Below are positions 39,677 through 47,646 of a stretch of 64,000 nucleotides of DNA, one piece after another. The stretch lies in the IMG/VR virus record IMGVR_UViG_3300032050_009172; one strand, written 5' to 3'. The position numbers and the translations under genes are program-made. The first letter of the stretch is position 1; every line of letters begins with the position of its first letter. The DNA is from an uncultured virus (IMG/VR IMGVR_UViG_3300032050_009172) (Duplodnaviria > Heunggongvirae > Uroviricota > Caudoviricetes). The notes beneath the pieces were generated by a model that was not told the DNA's origin, ran no database searches, and saw only the letters and a list, made by a program, of their open reading frames with translations.

Positions 39677-39942
39677 GTAAAGAAATTGAACTGGTGCCTG
39701 GTGGTGGCCGTTACTACCGTGCCATGACATTTCATTGGGTGGTTGTGGCTGTGCTGATTGTGCCTGTGGCGGCAGCACTGATTGTGGCCATTGTGAATCC
39801 CTTGTGGTTCCGCAGTGCCATGTTTGACTGGGTCGAGCGTGGTGTGAACCGACTGAGCCAGTGGCGCAATTATCAAAAGTATCGCATCTACTTGGGCACC
39901 GATCCCAAAATGTGGCACACCCTGCGTGGCGATTTGAAATGA
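39673..39942 (+). CDS. hypothetical membrane protein
   Basis: One TM segment; ATGA overlap. Confidence 0.7.
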   Translation: MSKEIELVPGGGRYYRAMTFHWVVVAVLIVPVAAALIVAIVNPLWFRSAMFDWVERGVNRLSQWRNYQKYRIYLGTDPKMWHTLRGDLK

Positions 39943-40049
39943 AGAAATACCCATCATACTGTTGCCAAAATTGCGGTGAACTGATTGGATGGCTTGGTCG
40001 TATTATGCCATTTCACAAATGTAAAAAACATTTTGGAGTTAAAGAATGA
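39939..40049 (+). CDS. 36-aa Cys-containing protein ending HFGVKE
   Basis: ATGA overlaps at both ends; CQNC..HKC. Confidence 0.6.
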   Translation: MKKYPSYCCQNCGELIGWLGRIMPFHKCKKHFGVKE

Positions 40050-40153
40050 TTGAAATTGTTATTGTTATTGCAGTCGTTGTTATTATTGGCATAAATGTGC
40101 TAACAACAGTATCAACAAGATTCCGCCGATGGTTATATAAGGATGTAAAATGA
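40046..40153 (+). CDS. 35-aa membrane peptide
   Basis: MIEIVIVIAVVVIIGINVL...; ATGA overlaps at both ends. Confidence 0.55.
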   Translation: MIEIVIVIAVVVIIGINVLTTVSTRFRRWLYKDVK

Positions 40154-40443
40154 ACGAACAAATTAAACTACTTGCGGTTGAGGCTGGCGCAGTATACAGC
40201 AATGACCATGCTGTTTCATTGTTAGATGACGAAATTGAAAAGTTCGCCGAGTTGATTGTGCGGGAATGTTGCATAGCATTGAATCCCATGTTGCGTGACA
40301 TGATCAGTCGCGGTCAGGGAGTAGATTTGATTAAATTGCATTTTGGAATGAATCCCAAAGAAATCACAACTGCTATGCTTGACGCCTCCATTGCTCAATG
40401 CGAACAAGAATTAGCGAAAAAGAAATTTGGAGTTGAAGAATGA
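40150..40443 (+). CDS. MNE..I..LA..AG / KFAELIVREC family small protein
   Basis: Paralogue of the 40810 gene. Confidence 0.75.
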   Translation: MNEQIKLLAVEAGAVYSNDHAVSLLDDEIEKFAELIVRECCIALNPMLRDMISRGQGVDLIKLHFGMNPKEITTAMLDASIAQCEQELAKKKFGVEE

Positions 40444-40607
40444 AAGTCTACGGCTATGCTGTTCAAACATTTGACAAAGACAGTGAAGTGCCCGATGTGA
40501 GTGTCCGTGTGTTTGCATCCAGGAACAATTTAGAATACGCACTAGAAAGTCTGGATCTGACAGAAGATCAAGAAATTTCTACTTTTGAAACAGAGGTTGA
40601 AGAATGA
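40440..40607 (+). CDS. 55-aa acidic hypothetical protein
   Basis: ATGA overlaps at both ends. Confidence 0.6.
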   Translation: MKVYGYAVQTFDKDSEVPDVSVRVFASRNNLEYALESLDLTEDQEISTFETEVEE

Positions 40608-40813
40608 ACAAGCGTAAAATCACTACACGGGTTATCTTTGATGGTGCTGTGGATAAAACCTATACACAGATGCGACAAGTGTATACTGATGACAAGGGTG
40701 AGTATGTAAATTGCAACCGCAATCGGTATCACATTGAGAATGATAGTTTTGATATTGTTTATACTACAGGTCAGGCGATATCGGTTAAAAAATTGTTTGA
40801 GGGTATGATATGA
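40604..40813 (+). CDS. hypothetical protein
   Basis: ATGA overlaps. Confidence 0.65.
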   Translation: MNKRKITTRVIFDGAVDKTYTQMRQVYTDDKGEYVNCNRNRYHIENDSFDIVYTTGQAISVKKLFEGMI

Positions 40814-41037
40814 ACGAACGAATTCGACAACTTGCTGAACAGGCTGGCTACGAAAAAGATATGTTTGGCATTGGACACTGGGATATGCCAGAGTGTAAAA
40901 AATTCGCCGAGTTGATTGTGAGAGAATGTATTGAACAAGCAAGCATTGGTAACGGGCACGGTAATAATCAATGGGATAGAGCGTTGACCTTTTCTGCAAA
41001 GAATATCAAAGAACATTTTGGAGTTGAAAGTGCCTAA
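40810..41037 (+). CDS. KFAELIVREC family small protein
   Basis: Paralogue of the 40150 gene; ends IKEHFGVESA. Confidence 0.75.
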   Translation: MNERIRQLAEQAGYEKDMFGIGHWDMPECKKFAELIVRECIEQASIGNGHGNNQWDRALTFSAKNIKEHFGVESA

Positions 41038-41491
41038 ATTGTACATGTTGGTAGGAGTGCCAGGATCAGGCAAAAGCACCTGGATCAAAGACCAGGTCTG
41101 GGCCTTGGGCTTGAGTGTGGTCAGCACAGACCCCTGGGTGGAAGATTATGCCCGGAGCCAAGGCAAGACCTATTCAGAAGTGTTTGAAGAATACATGCCT
41201 ATTGCTGTTCGCCTGATGACCAACCATGCGTTGACTGCACAGGCTAACAACAACGACATCATCTGGGATCAGACCAGCACCACACGGGCAAGCCGGGCCA
41301 AAAAGTTTCGCATGTTGCCGGAATACTCGGCCATTGCTGTGGTATTTCGAACGCCCGAGCCTGAAGAATTGGCTAGACGATTGGCCGGCCGTCCGGGCAA
41401 AACAATCCCATCTGAGGTGATTGCTCGCATGATTCGGGACTGGGAAGAGCCAGACTTGTCGGAAGGTTTTGAAGAAATTTGGAGAGTGTGA
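41030..41491 (+). CDS. P-loop kinase (AAA_33 / polynucleotide-kinase-like)
   Basis: GVPGSGKST, DQT, R..R; GTG start after GGAG. Confidence 0.85.
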   Translation: MPKLYMLVGVPGSGKSTWIKDQVWALGLSVVSTDPWVEDYARSQGKTYSEVFEEYMPIAVRLMTNHALTAQANNNDIIWDQTSTTRASRAKKFRMLPEYSAIAVVFRTPEPEELARRLAGRPGKTIPSEVIARMIRDWEEPDLSEGFEEIWRV

Positions 41492-41667
41492 TGATTAGAA
41501 TCCTATTGGCTTTTGTTGTTGTGTTTGGCATGTTCTTTTTCGGCATTCAGTACCTACGGAACATGTCCGGAAAAGAATCGTGGAGTTTGGTAAAACTCTT
41601 GACTTACAGTGCATTTTGTGCTATACTTACTTTTGGTAGTCTACTTGCCCTTGTGGTACTTTTTTAA
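41488..41667 (+). CDS. small two-TM membrane protein
   Basis: Hydrophobic; precedes the SPFH gene. Confidence 0.65.
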   Translation: MMIRILLAFVVVFGMFFFGIQYLRNMSGKESWSLVKLLTYSAFCAILTFGSLLALVVLF

Positions 41668-41676
41668 GGAAATAAA

Positions 41677-42471
41677 ATGAAACGTATTTTGACTCTCTCC
41701 GTTCTTGCCGCGGCTGTGCTGGCAACAGGTTGTACTCGTATCGAAACAGGTGAAGTTGGTGTACGTGTTGGCTTTGATAAACAAGTCCAGCAAGGTGAAT
41801 TAATGCCTGGCTCGTTTAATCAAACCTTTTGGGGTGATGTTCTTACATTCCCAATCAAGGACGTTAATGTCAAACTGGAGGACATGACACCTGTTGCTAA
41901 AGATAACTCAACAATGAAAGACTTTGATGCAGTGGTTATCTATAACATCAATCAAGCACAGGTAGCCGAGTTGTATAGCCAAAAGAGTCAAGCATTCCAT
42001 GCTCGGCACAACGGCGACATCTACTTGATGTACAACTATATGGTTCAAACCACTCGTAATGCCATCTACAAAGAAGCCCGAAAGTACGAGGCACTAGACA
42101 TGGCTGATAATCGCCAAGTGATGGAACAAGCAATTAAAGAACAAATTCAAAAGAGTTTGGCTGATGAAAAACTTGATGGTAGTTTGGTTGTTGGTCAAGT
42201 GTTGATTCGGAATATTGTACCTGCAGATTCTGTGGTTGCGAGTGCAAATGAGTTGGTTCGTGCCAAGAATGAATTGAAACAAAAAGAAGTTGAAGTTAAG
42301 ACTGCTAAGATGGAAGCAGAACGTATGCAAGCATTGAGTAATCAAGGTGCTCAGTCAATTGCTTACATGCAAGCGCAGGCTATGATGAATATCTCAGAAG
42401 GTATCAAGAACGGTCGTGTGCAAACAATTGTTGTTCCTGCAAACTTCAATGCGCTGATGATGCAAAAATGA
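41677..42471 (+). CDS. SPFH / band-7 domain lipoprotein
   Basis: Lipobox LATGC, I..GEVGV, coiled-coil C-terminus. Confidence 0.85.
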   Translation: MKRILTLSVLAAAVLATGCTRIETGEVGVRVGFDKQVQQGELMPGSFNQTFWGDVLTFPIKDVNVKLEDMTPVAKDNSTMKDFDAVVIYNINQAQVAELYSQKSQAFHARHNGDIYLMYNYMVQTTRNAIYKEARKYEALDMADNRQVMEQAIKEQIQKSLADEKLDGSLVVGQVLIRNIVPADSVVASANELVRAKNELKQKEVEVKTAKMEAERMQALSNQGAQSIAYMQAQAMMNISEGIKNGRVQTIVVPANFNALMMQK

Positions 42472-42764
42472 ACCGATTTAGACCACAAGATATATCTAAA
42501 AAGTATATCATGCAAGAACGCCGAATGGGTGTCTGGGTAAACTACAATTGGCAAACTCGCGACAAATGGTATCCTGCAGGCTGGAAGCCCAATCACATCA
42601 GCATTGGGCGCAGATTTGGCCACTTGCATTATCTTGCTTGCCATGCGCCAGCACCTGTCCAAAAGCGTTGGCGTGCGGCATACCAACGGTTCTGTAATCA
42701 GCACATTCCCAGCCGTGCCAGCATGCGATATCTTGCTGCCTTCACTTATGATTCCAGGCTATGA
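42468..42764 (+). CDS. hypothetical protein
   Basis: ATGA overlap. Confidence 0.6.
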   Translation: MNRFRPQDISKKYIMQERRMGVWVNYNWQTRDKWYPAGWKPNHISIGRRFGHLHYLACHAPAPVQKRWRAAYQRFCNQHIPSRASMRYLAAFTYDSRL

Positions 42765-42919
42765 ATACTGAACTTGAACGCCTGGTGCGGGCCGCTGGCG
42801 CACCCGAAGAAGCGATGGACCAACTTTGGTTTGCTATCTTCTGTCAGCAATTTGCTGACCTGCTGATTACCGAAATGGAAATGGATCAAGAGGCTGACCT
42901 ACTGCAAGTAGATGCATAA
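42761..42919 (+). CDS. 52-aa hypothetical protein (distant KFAELI family member)
   Basis: MNTELERLVRAAG...QFADLLI. Confidence 0.55.
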   Translation: MNTELERLVRAAGAPEEAMDQLWFAIFCQQFADLLITEMEMDQEADLLQVDA

Positions 42920-42927
42920 GTATCTGC

Positions 42928-43692
42928 ATGAAAAAGAAAAACTGGTTTGTGCCTTCGCACAACGAAATGATTGCATACAGTGCCTGTCTACATGTGATCC
43001 TGGTCTACTTTATCTTCAACAGTGAAGCATGGCAGTGGGCAATATGTCTGTTGGTCTACTATATCAAGATGGTAGTCGGAACTGTAACAGTTCATCGGCT
43101 GATCACCCATCGTTCTTTTCAAGCACCAAAATGGTTTGAATATCTAGGAACATTGATTGCTATTCCTGGCACAACTTTACCAATGTTGTATTGGGTAGCA
43201 ATACATCGAGCGCATCATAGACACTCTGACACAAAAGATGATCCGCACTCACCTGCGGTATACGGTTATCTAGCCGTGCAATTTAGACTCACACCTGCTA
43301 CTCCAAAATTAAGTTATGCTCCAGAGATTGTGAAATCCAAATTTCACATGCACATGTACTACAATCATTGGTTGTACACTATCTTGGTCGGGGTGGCAGT
43401 TTACATGATAGATCCTTATGCAGTAGTGTATGCTTATTTGGTTCCGTCACTATTGTTGCAACATGCCAGTTCACTGACCAACTCTCTCACTCACAGTCCA
43501 TCAGGATATAGAAATTTTGACACACGTGATCAAAGTTCAAATAACCTGCTGGTAGGATATTTGACTGGTGGAGAGGGCTGGCACAACAATCATCACGCCG
43601 CTGCCGCAGATCCACAGTTTGGCAAAAAATGGTGGGAATTTGATCCTGGATACCGCTTAATTCAATTGGTAAGAACTGACAAAGACCGTTGA
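42928..43692 (+). CDS. membrane fatty-acid desaturase (Delta9-like)
   Basis: His boxes HRLITH, HRAHH, HNNHH; DPHSP. Confidence 0.92.
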   Translation: MKKKNWFVPSHNEMIAYSACLHVILVYFIFNSEAWQWAICLLVYYIKMVVGTVTVHRLITHRSFQAPKWFEYLGTLIAIPGTTLPMLYWVAIHRAHHRHSDTKDDPHSPAVYGYLAVQFRLTPATPKLSYAPEIVKSKFHMHMYYNHWLYTILVGVAVYMIDPYAVVYAYLVPSLLLQHASSLTNSLTHSPSGYRNFDTRDQSSNNLLVGYLTGGEGWHNNHHAAAADPQFGKKWWEFDPGYRLIQLVRTDKDR

Positions 43693-43746
43693 CAAACACT
43701 TAGCATTTTTGTATAATAATTCTATACAAAATAGAAAGGGTATGCT

Positions 43747-44127
43747 ATGGAATTTCTTCCAGTATTAGAACTAATTGATCGACTCTGCATTGCCAGAGTA
43801 AAACATGCACGAACCAAAGGCGCCAACCAAGTTGAACTTGATTGGTACGAGGACAAGTTTCGACAACTACCACAAAGCGCAGAACTAGATGAGGACATTC
43901 AAGCAATGACCGACATCCATCATGCTATCTGGGATCTAGAATGGCAGCTCAAATCAGGCGTGGAGCAAATGTTGAGCCTTCAGGAGATTGGTCGCCGAGC
44001 CATTGCCATTAGAGATCATAACAACAAACGTATTGCTTACAAAAATTCTGTTGCCAGCATTTTAGGGCATCCTGTAAAAGAAATCAAACATGACCACCTG
44101 GCCGACGGAACAGTTGACACTAAATAG
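43747..44127 (+). CDS. hypothetical helical protein
   Basis: ELIDRL.I...K, IWDLE, N.KR..K; own TTGACA..TATAAT promoter. Confidence 0.7.
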   Translation: MEFLPVLELIDRLCIARVKHARTKGANQVELDWYEDKFRQLPQSAELDEDIQAMTDIHHAIWDLEWQLKSGVEQMLSLQEIGRRAIAIRDHNNKRIAYKNSVASILGHPVKEIKHDHLADGTVDTK

Positions 44128-44150
44128 TTTTCCTGCTACAATGTAGCACA

Positions 44151-44225
44151 GGGCCAATAGCTTAATGGTAAAGCAACCGACTCATAATCGGTCGAGTCTT
44201 GGTTCAATTCCAAGTTGGCCCACCA
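44151..44225 (+). tRNA. tRNA with CAT anticodon, probably tRNA-Ile2 (lysidine type)
   Basis: Cloverleaf, GGGCC acceptor, loop CTCATAA, encoded CCA. Confidence 0.85.
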
Positions 44226-44230
44226 AACAT

Positions 44231-44305
44231 CTGGCGTTCGTTCAACGGATAGGACATGATTCTTCTAAAGTCATTATAGAGGTTCGATTCCTCTACGCCG
44301 GACCA
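44231..44305 (+). tRNA. tRNA-Arg(TCT)
   Basis: Cloverleaf, loop CTTCTAA, CCA. Confidence 0.9.
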
Positions 44306-44323
44306 TGTATTAAATAACGCAAA

Positions 44324-44409
44324 GCCAGAGTGGTGGAATGGTATACACAGCAGACTTAAAATCTGCCGCTTGCAAGGGCATACGGGTTCGAGTCCCGTCT
44401 CTGGTACCA
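44324..44409 (+). tRNA. tRNA-Leu(TAA)
   Basis: Type II cloverleaf, loop CTTAAAA, CCA. Confidence 0.93.
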
Positions 44410-44415
44410 AACATT

Positions 44416-44949
44416 ATGAACAAAAGTCCTACTCGCGGAACCTTTCACAGTCAATGCAGAATTGAAGATGTCATTGCGGAAGGAGGAGATCCTGCCACTG
44501 ACGAAGATGTTCAACGAGCTTTAGATCTTGAACGCATGATCAACGAACATCAGGCTCAACGCGAAGCCGACGAACGGTGGCGAGAAAACAATCTTGAATA
44601 TGATTTGCGTAGCACCAAGTGGGTTTGCGACAAAGCCAAGGCCAGCGATACCTACGCTCAAAACATCTACGCAGCCTTGTGCAATCAAGACTGGCAACGC
44701 AACGAAGTATGGCCTTTGCTAAAGGGAGAGACCTACAGTTGTTCGTGGCGCTATGCCGGGGGTATTGTTGCCGACATGCGTGAACAAGGTGACTATATTG
44801 ATTGGTACTGTTCGGGCATAGGCGATGGACTGGGCAATGGTGATGCTGACGGTGTTAAAAGATATGTACCCGAAGGACATGTCACAGAAGAAATCCAGGA
44901 AGACTTTTTTAAGTTGGGCTGGATCCCAGTAGATAGCGGGGATGAATAA
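44416..44949 (+). CDS. hypothetical protein
   Basis: YAQNIYAALCN...SCSWRYAGGIVAD...DYIDWYCSG; start moved to 44416 because the upstream part of the ORF is a tRNA. Confidence 0.75.
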   Translation: MNKSPTRGTFHSQCRIEDVIAEGGDPATDEDVQRALDLERMINEHQAQREADERWRENNLEYDLRSTKWVCDKAKASDTYAQNIYAALCNQDWQRNEVWPLLKGETYSCSWRYAGGIVADMREQGDYIDWYCSGIGDGLGNGDADGVKRYVPEGHVTEEIQEDFFKLGWIPVDSGDE

Positions 44950-44957
44950 ATAGGTAT

Positions 44958-45119
44958 GTGCTCAATCCCATAAAAAAACTACAAGAAAATCTAGCCCGAG
45001 ACTTGGTCAGTCTGGAGGACACAGACTTGGTGTCGGAACAACAACTAGACAAAATTACTGATGCATACGCACAAGTGTATGACATCATCTCCAAAGCAGT
45101 TGACAAGCCCAAAGAATAA
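44958..45119 (+). CDS. 53-aa hypothetical protein
   Basis: GTG 5 nt after TAAATA; fills the gap. Confidence 0.4.
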   Translation: MLNPIKKLQENLARDLVSLEDTDLVSEQQLDKITDAYAQVYDIISKAVDKPKE

Positions 45120-45128
45120 ATATATACT
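45100..45128 (+). promoter_or_regulatory. sigma70 promoter of the tmRNA
   Basis: TTGACA-17-TATACT. Confidence 0.75.
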
Positions 45129-45211
45129 GCGAGTTATTGCTGTATGAAGCCGAGAGAAAAGTGTTCTGGACGGGGGTGCGAATCCCCCCAGGTCCACCAT
45201 AAGGAAGTTTA

Positions 45212-45322
45212 ATGATAGGTTATGTTTTATTTTTGTTATTTTGGTTAGTGTTTGGTGTATTTTATTTTACACGTGATACCACATTGGACGAAGAGAAAAT
45301 AAAAAACTGTGAGTTATGGTAA
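45212..45322 (+). CDS. 36-aa single-TM peptide inside the tmRNA intervening segment
   Basis: TAAGGA SD; MIGYVLFLLFWLVFGVFYFTRDTTLDEEKIKNCELW. Confidence 0.45.
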   Translation: MIGYVLFLLFWLVFGVFYFTRDTTLDEEKIKNCELW

Positions 45323-45323
45323 T

Positions 45324-45401
45324 ATGGAAAATTTAGCAAAATTTTTATTAATTGTTTTTCCAATATTATGCTTGTTGTTAACAACATTAAGCGTAGATTA
45401 A
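45324..45401 (+). CDS. 25-aa hydrophobic peptide inside the tmRNA intervening segment
   Basis: Starts 1 nt after the previous stop; MENLAKFLLIVFPILCLLLTTLSVD. Confidence 0.35.
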   Translation: MENLAKFLLIVFPILCLLLTTLSVD

Positions 45402-45574
45402 GTTTCTTTATGATGGGCCTGACCTAGATTCGACAGGGCAAAGAGTAACAGAGTGGACAGCACGGTAGGCGATGACCGTAAATCAAGCAAAACTTTTATC
45501 TGCAAATGATGAAAAATTCTTGATGGCCGCTTAAGGTCGTCTAGGGTAGGAAATACCTCGTAACAGAAACCACC

Positions 45575-45604
45575 AAAATGGCTGCGAAAGTAGCCATTTT
45601 CTTT
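45575..45604 (+). terminator. rho-independent terminator
   Basis: AAAATGGCTGC-GAAA-GTAGCCATTTT. Confidence 0.75.
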
Positions 45605-45680
45605 GACATTCTCAGTGTTTGTGCTATATAATACTCTATGATCGACATTTGATCATTTCATTAACAAGGAAAAATTACTT

Positions 45681-46571
45681 ATGAAGAAAGTTCTAATTGC
45701 GTTGACCCTGGCAGTTGCTGGTGTTGCAAGCGCACAAGTTGGTATCTATGGTCGTGTTGGCACTTACCTTGACAACACCAAAACTGGTGCTTCCACCGTG
45801 CAAGGCATGGCCAATGACTTGAGTCACTTTGGCATTCGTGCTACTGAAAACTTAGGTGGCGGATTAACAGCTCGTGCCACATACGAGACCGGCATCCAAG
45901 CCAACAGCCCAGACACTGGTACTGACACTAGACTTGGCGATCGCCAAAGCACCGTGGGTATTGCTCACAAAATGGGTAGCGTTGATCTTGGTCGCAATGT
46001 TCACACTCACTTCTTGGCCATCAGCGACAATGATCCATTTGGCACATTGATTGGTAGCTCAGCTGCCGACGTGCATAACCTGCGTGGTTTGCGTTTGAGC
46101 AATGCCGCTTTCACTTCTGTGAACTTTGGCAATGTCTCTGCTAACTTTGATCGTAGCACTGGTGCTGTTGGCACTGCCGCTGATCCTTATGCCGCATCCG
46201 TGATTGCCGCAGTTGGACCTGCTGTGTTGACTTATGCTCGTTACGAAGCTGGCGCAGAAACCAGTGACGTGTTGGCTGCTCGTGCTAAATTTGGTGCAAC
46301 CACTGTGTTTGCCAGCGCAAGCGACAACAAAGGCGTTGCTGCCAACACCAACCGTGCTCAGTTGGTCGGCGTGGCACACAAACTTGGTGGACCAGTCACA
46401 GTGAAGGCCAGCTATGGTCGCATTGAAAATGGCATCAAGAGTTACAACGTAGGTGCTGAGTATGCTTTCAGCAAAAAGACCTATGCACAAGTTTTGTATC
46501 GTACAGTTGAGGGAACCTCAGCAGCCACTGATGTCAAACAAGTAGCAGGCGGGTTGGTCGTACAGTTCTAA
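45681..46571 (+). CDS. Gram-negative outer membrane porin (Betaproteobacteria type)
   Basis: Signal peptide, V.IYG, S.FG.R..E.LGGGL.A...YE, R.S.VG, YAFSKKT, C-terminal Phe. Confidence 0.9.
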   Translation: MKKVLIALTLAVAGVASAQVGIYGRVGTYLDNTKTGASTVQGMANDLSHFGIRATENLGGGLTARATYETGIQANSPDTGTDTRLGDRQSTVGIAHKMGSVDLGRNVHTHFLAISDNDPFGTLIGSSAADVHNLRGLRLSNAAFTSVNFGNVSANFDRSTGAVGTAADPYAASVIAAVGPAVLTYARYEAGAETSDVLAARAKFGATTVFASASDNKGVAANTNRAQLVGVAHKLGGPVTVKASYGRIENGIKSYNVGAEYAFSKKTYAQVLYRTVEGTSAATDVKQVAGGLVVQF

Positions 46572-46590
46572 AACAGAAGTAGTACAAACC

Positions 46591-46620
46591 AAAAAACCCG
46601 CCAAGTAGGCGGGTTTTTTT
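46591..46620 (+). terminator. bidirectional rho-independent terminator
   Basis: AAAAAACCCGCC-AAGTA-GGCGGGTTTTTT. Confidence 0.9.
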
Positions 46621-46627
46621 ATGGCAG

Positions 46628-46813
46628 TAGACCAATAATTGGATTGGTGCTATACTAGACACAAGTTAGAAAAACAGCGAAGTTTGTAAAGACCCTGCAA
46701 CAAGGCGGGGCATTTACAAAACAAGTTGACCAGTAAAGCAGGAGATGCTATACTAGAGACTAGTTAGAAAACAAAGGCAGTTGATCGAAACTACTTTGAA
46801 GTTCGTTAAAAAT
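46628..46813 (+). promoter_or_regulatory. tandem promoters plus boxA-like element heading the stable-RNA operon
   Basis: TAGACC-17-TATACT (46628) and TTGACC-17-TATACT (46726), both TGn-extended and followed by AGAnACnAGTTAGAAAA; GTTCGTTAAAAAT at 46801. Confidence 0.6.
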
Positions 46814-46848
46814 TTAATTTTGTATAGTGCCCCAGATTAAGTTCTGGG

Positions 46849-47083
46849 CACTATATGTAAACACATTAGGGTTACCTAGTCCGTTAGGGGTGAACAAAGG
46901 CTGATTCGAGCCGGATACCCATGAAGCAGGAGGGCCTAAGAGTAGCGCGAGACACCATCGAGCGTGAGGGATAAGGCTACACCAAACTCCAGGAAGGCGG
47001 CGGAACTACTGGGCCTGTAATGAGGTCTTGATGCAAGTTGGTGATGCGTGTCAAGAACTTCCCTAATGTGTTTTCATATAGTG
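46849..47083 (+). ncRNA. unknown ~190-nt structured RNA enclosed by a 23-bp stem
   Basis: CACTATATGTAAACACATTAGGG / CCCTAATGTGTTTTCATATAGTG (22/23 paired); no long ORF. Confidence 0.55.
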
Positions 47084-47089
47084 AACTAT

Positions 47090-47164
47090 GGAGCGTTCGT
47101 CTATCGGTTAGGACACAAGCCTTTCACGCCTGTAAGAGGGGTTCGATTCCCCTACGCTCTACCA
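47090..47164 (+). tRNA. tRNA-Glu(TTC)
   Basis: Cloverleaf, loop CTTTCAC, CCA; one anticodon-stem mismatch. Confidence 0.88.
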
Positions 47165-47167
47165 AAT

Positions 47168-47365
47168 CCCGTTACTACTTTCGTTAAAGTAGCGTTTGAT
47201 TAGCGATAGAGATCCGGTGGCAGAAGACCGTAAGCGTAAGGATGGAGACTACCCTTACAGACTCTGATAGGCAGAATCTCACTGCACACAGACTTTGAAT
47301 AAATGAGATGGACAGAGTAACTGCTCAATTAAGGGCTGGCGTGGAACCCAGTAGCTTATCCTAAT
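47168..47365 (+). ncRNA. unknown structured RNA between tRNA-Glu and tRNA-Asp
   Basis: ORF-free; several hairpins (CTACTTT/AAAGTAG, GTAAGG/CCTTAC, CTGG/CCAG). Confidence 0.4.
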
Positions 47366-47367
47366 TT

Positions 47368-47442
47368 GGTCTCAAGGTGTTCATGGACGCACACAGCACT
47401 GTCACTGCTGAGGAGGGGGATCGTTACCCCCTGGGACCGCCA
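47368..47442 (+). tRNA. tRNA-Asp(GTC)
   Basis: Cloverleaf, loop CTGTCAC, atypical T-loop ATCGTTA, CCA. Confidence 0.88.
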
Positions 47443-47449
47443 AGTTTAT

Positions 47450-47540
47450 GGACATGATGTGTCAATTACCTGAGGCTGGTATGAAACTTCGTAATAGCAT
47501 ACGAGGAAGAAGTGGGTTAGATTCCCATTGTTGTCCACCA
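47450..47540 (+). ncRNA. tRNA-like RNA (acceptor, T-arm and CCA; non-canonical body)
   Basis: GGACA/TGTCC-A-CCA, GTGGG-TTAGATT-CCCAT. Confidence 0.45.
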
Positions 47541-47547
47541 AGTTTAT

Positions 47548-47640
47548 GGCGTCATAGGATGTAACGGAGTGTGGTTTGCTTCAACCTTGAATGATCATCA
47601 AGGTTTTCTTGCGTGGGTTCGAATCCCACATGATGCCTCA
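47548..47640 (+). ncRNA. tRNA-like RNA with 8-bp acceptor stem
   Basis: GGCGTCAT/ATGATGCC, canonical T-arm GTGGG-TTCGAAT-CCCAC, 8-bp hairpin AACCTTGA/TCAAGGTT; ends TCA. Confidence 0.5.
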
Positions 47641-47646
47641 AGTTTG

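Larger units (their letters stand above)
45135..45575 (+). ncRNA. ssrA: circularly permuted (two-piece) tmRNA; acceptor piece ends 45199, coding piece starts 45415
   Basis: T-arm plus CAGGTCC-A-CCA precedes GGGCCTG-AC...GATTCGAC; G3:U70 pair; tag ORF 45502-45534 ANDEKFLMAA*. Outer ends approximate. Confidence 0.92.

Noticed and set aside
39292..39957. 221-aa minus-strand ORF
   Set aside because: Antisense shadow of well-supported, SD-led, coupled plus-strand genes.
47548..47640. Selenocysteine tRNA (8-bp acceptor, internal TTCA)
   Set aside because: TCA is not centred in a proper anticodon stem-loop, there is no 6-bp D-stem, and there is no GCCA end.
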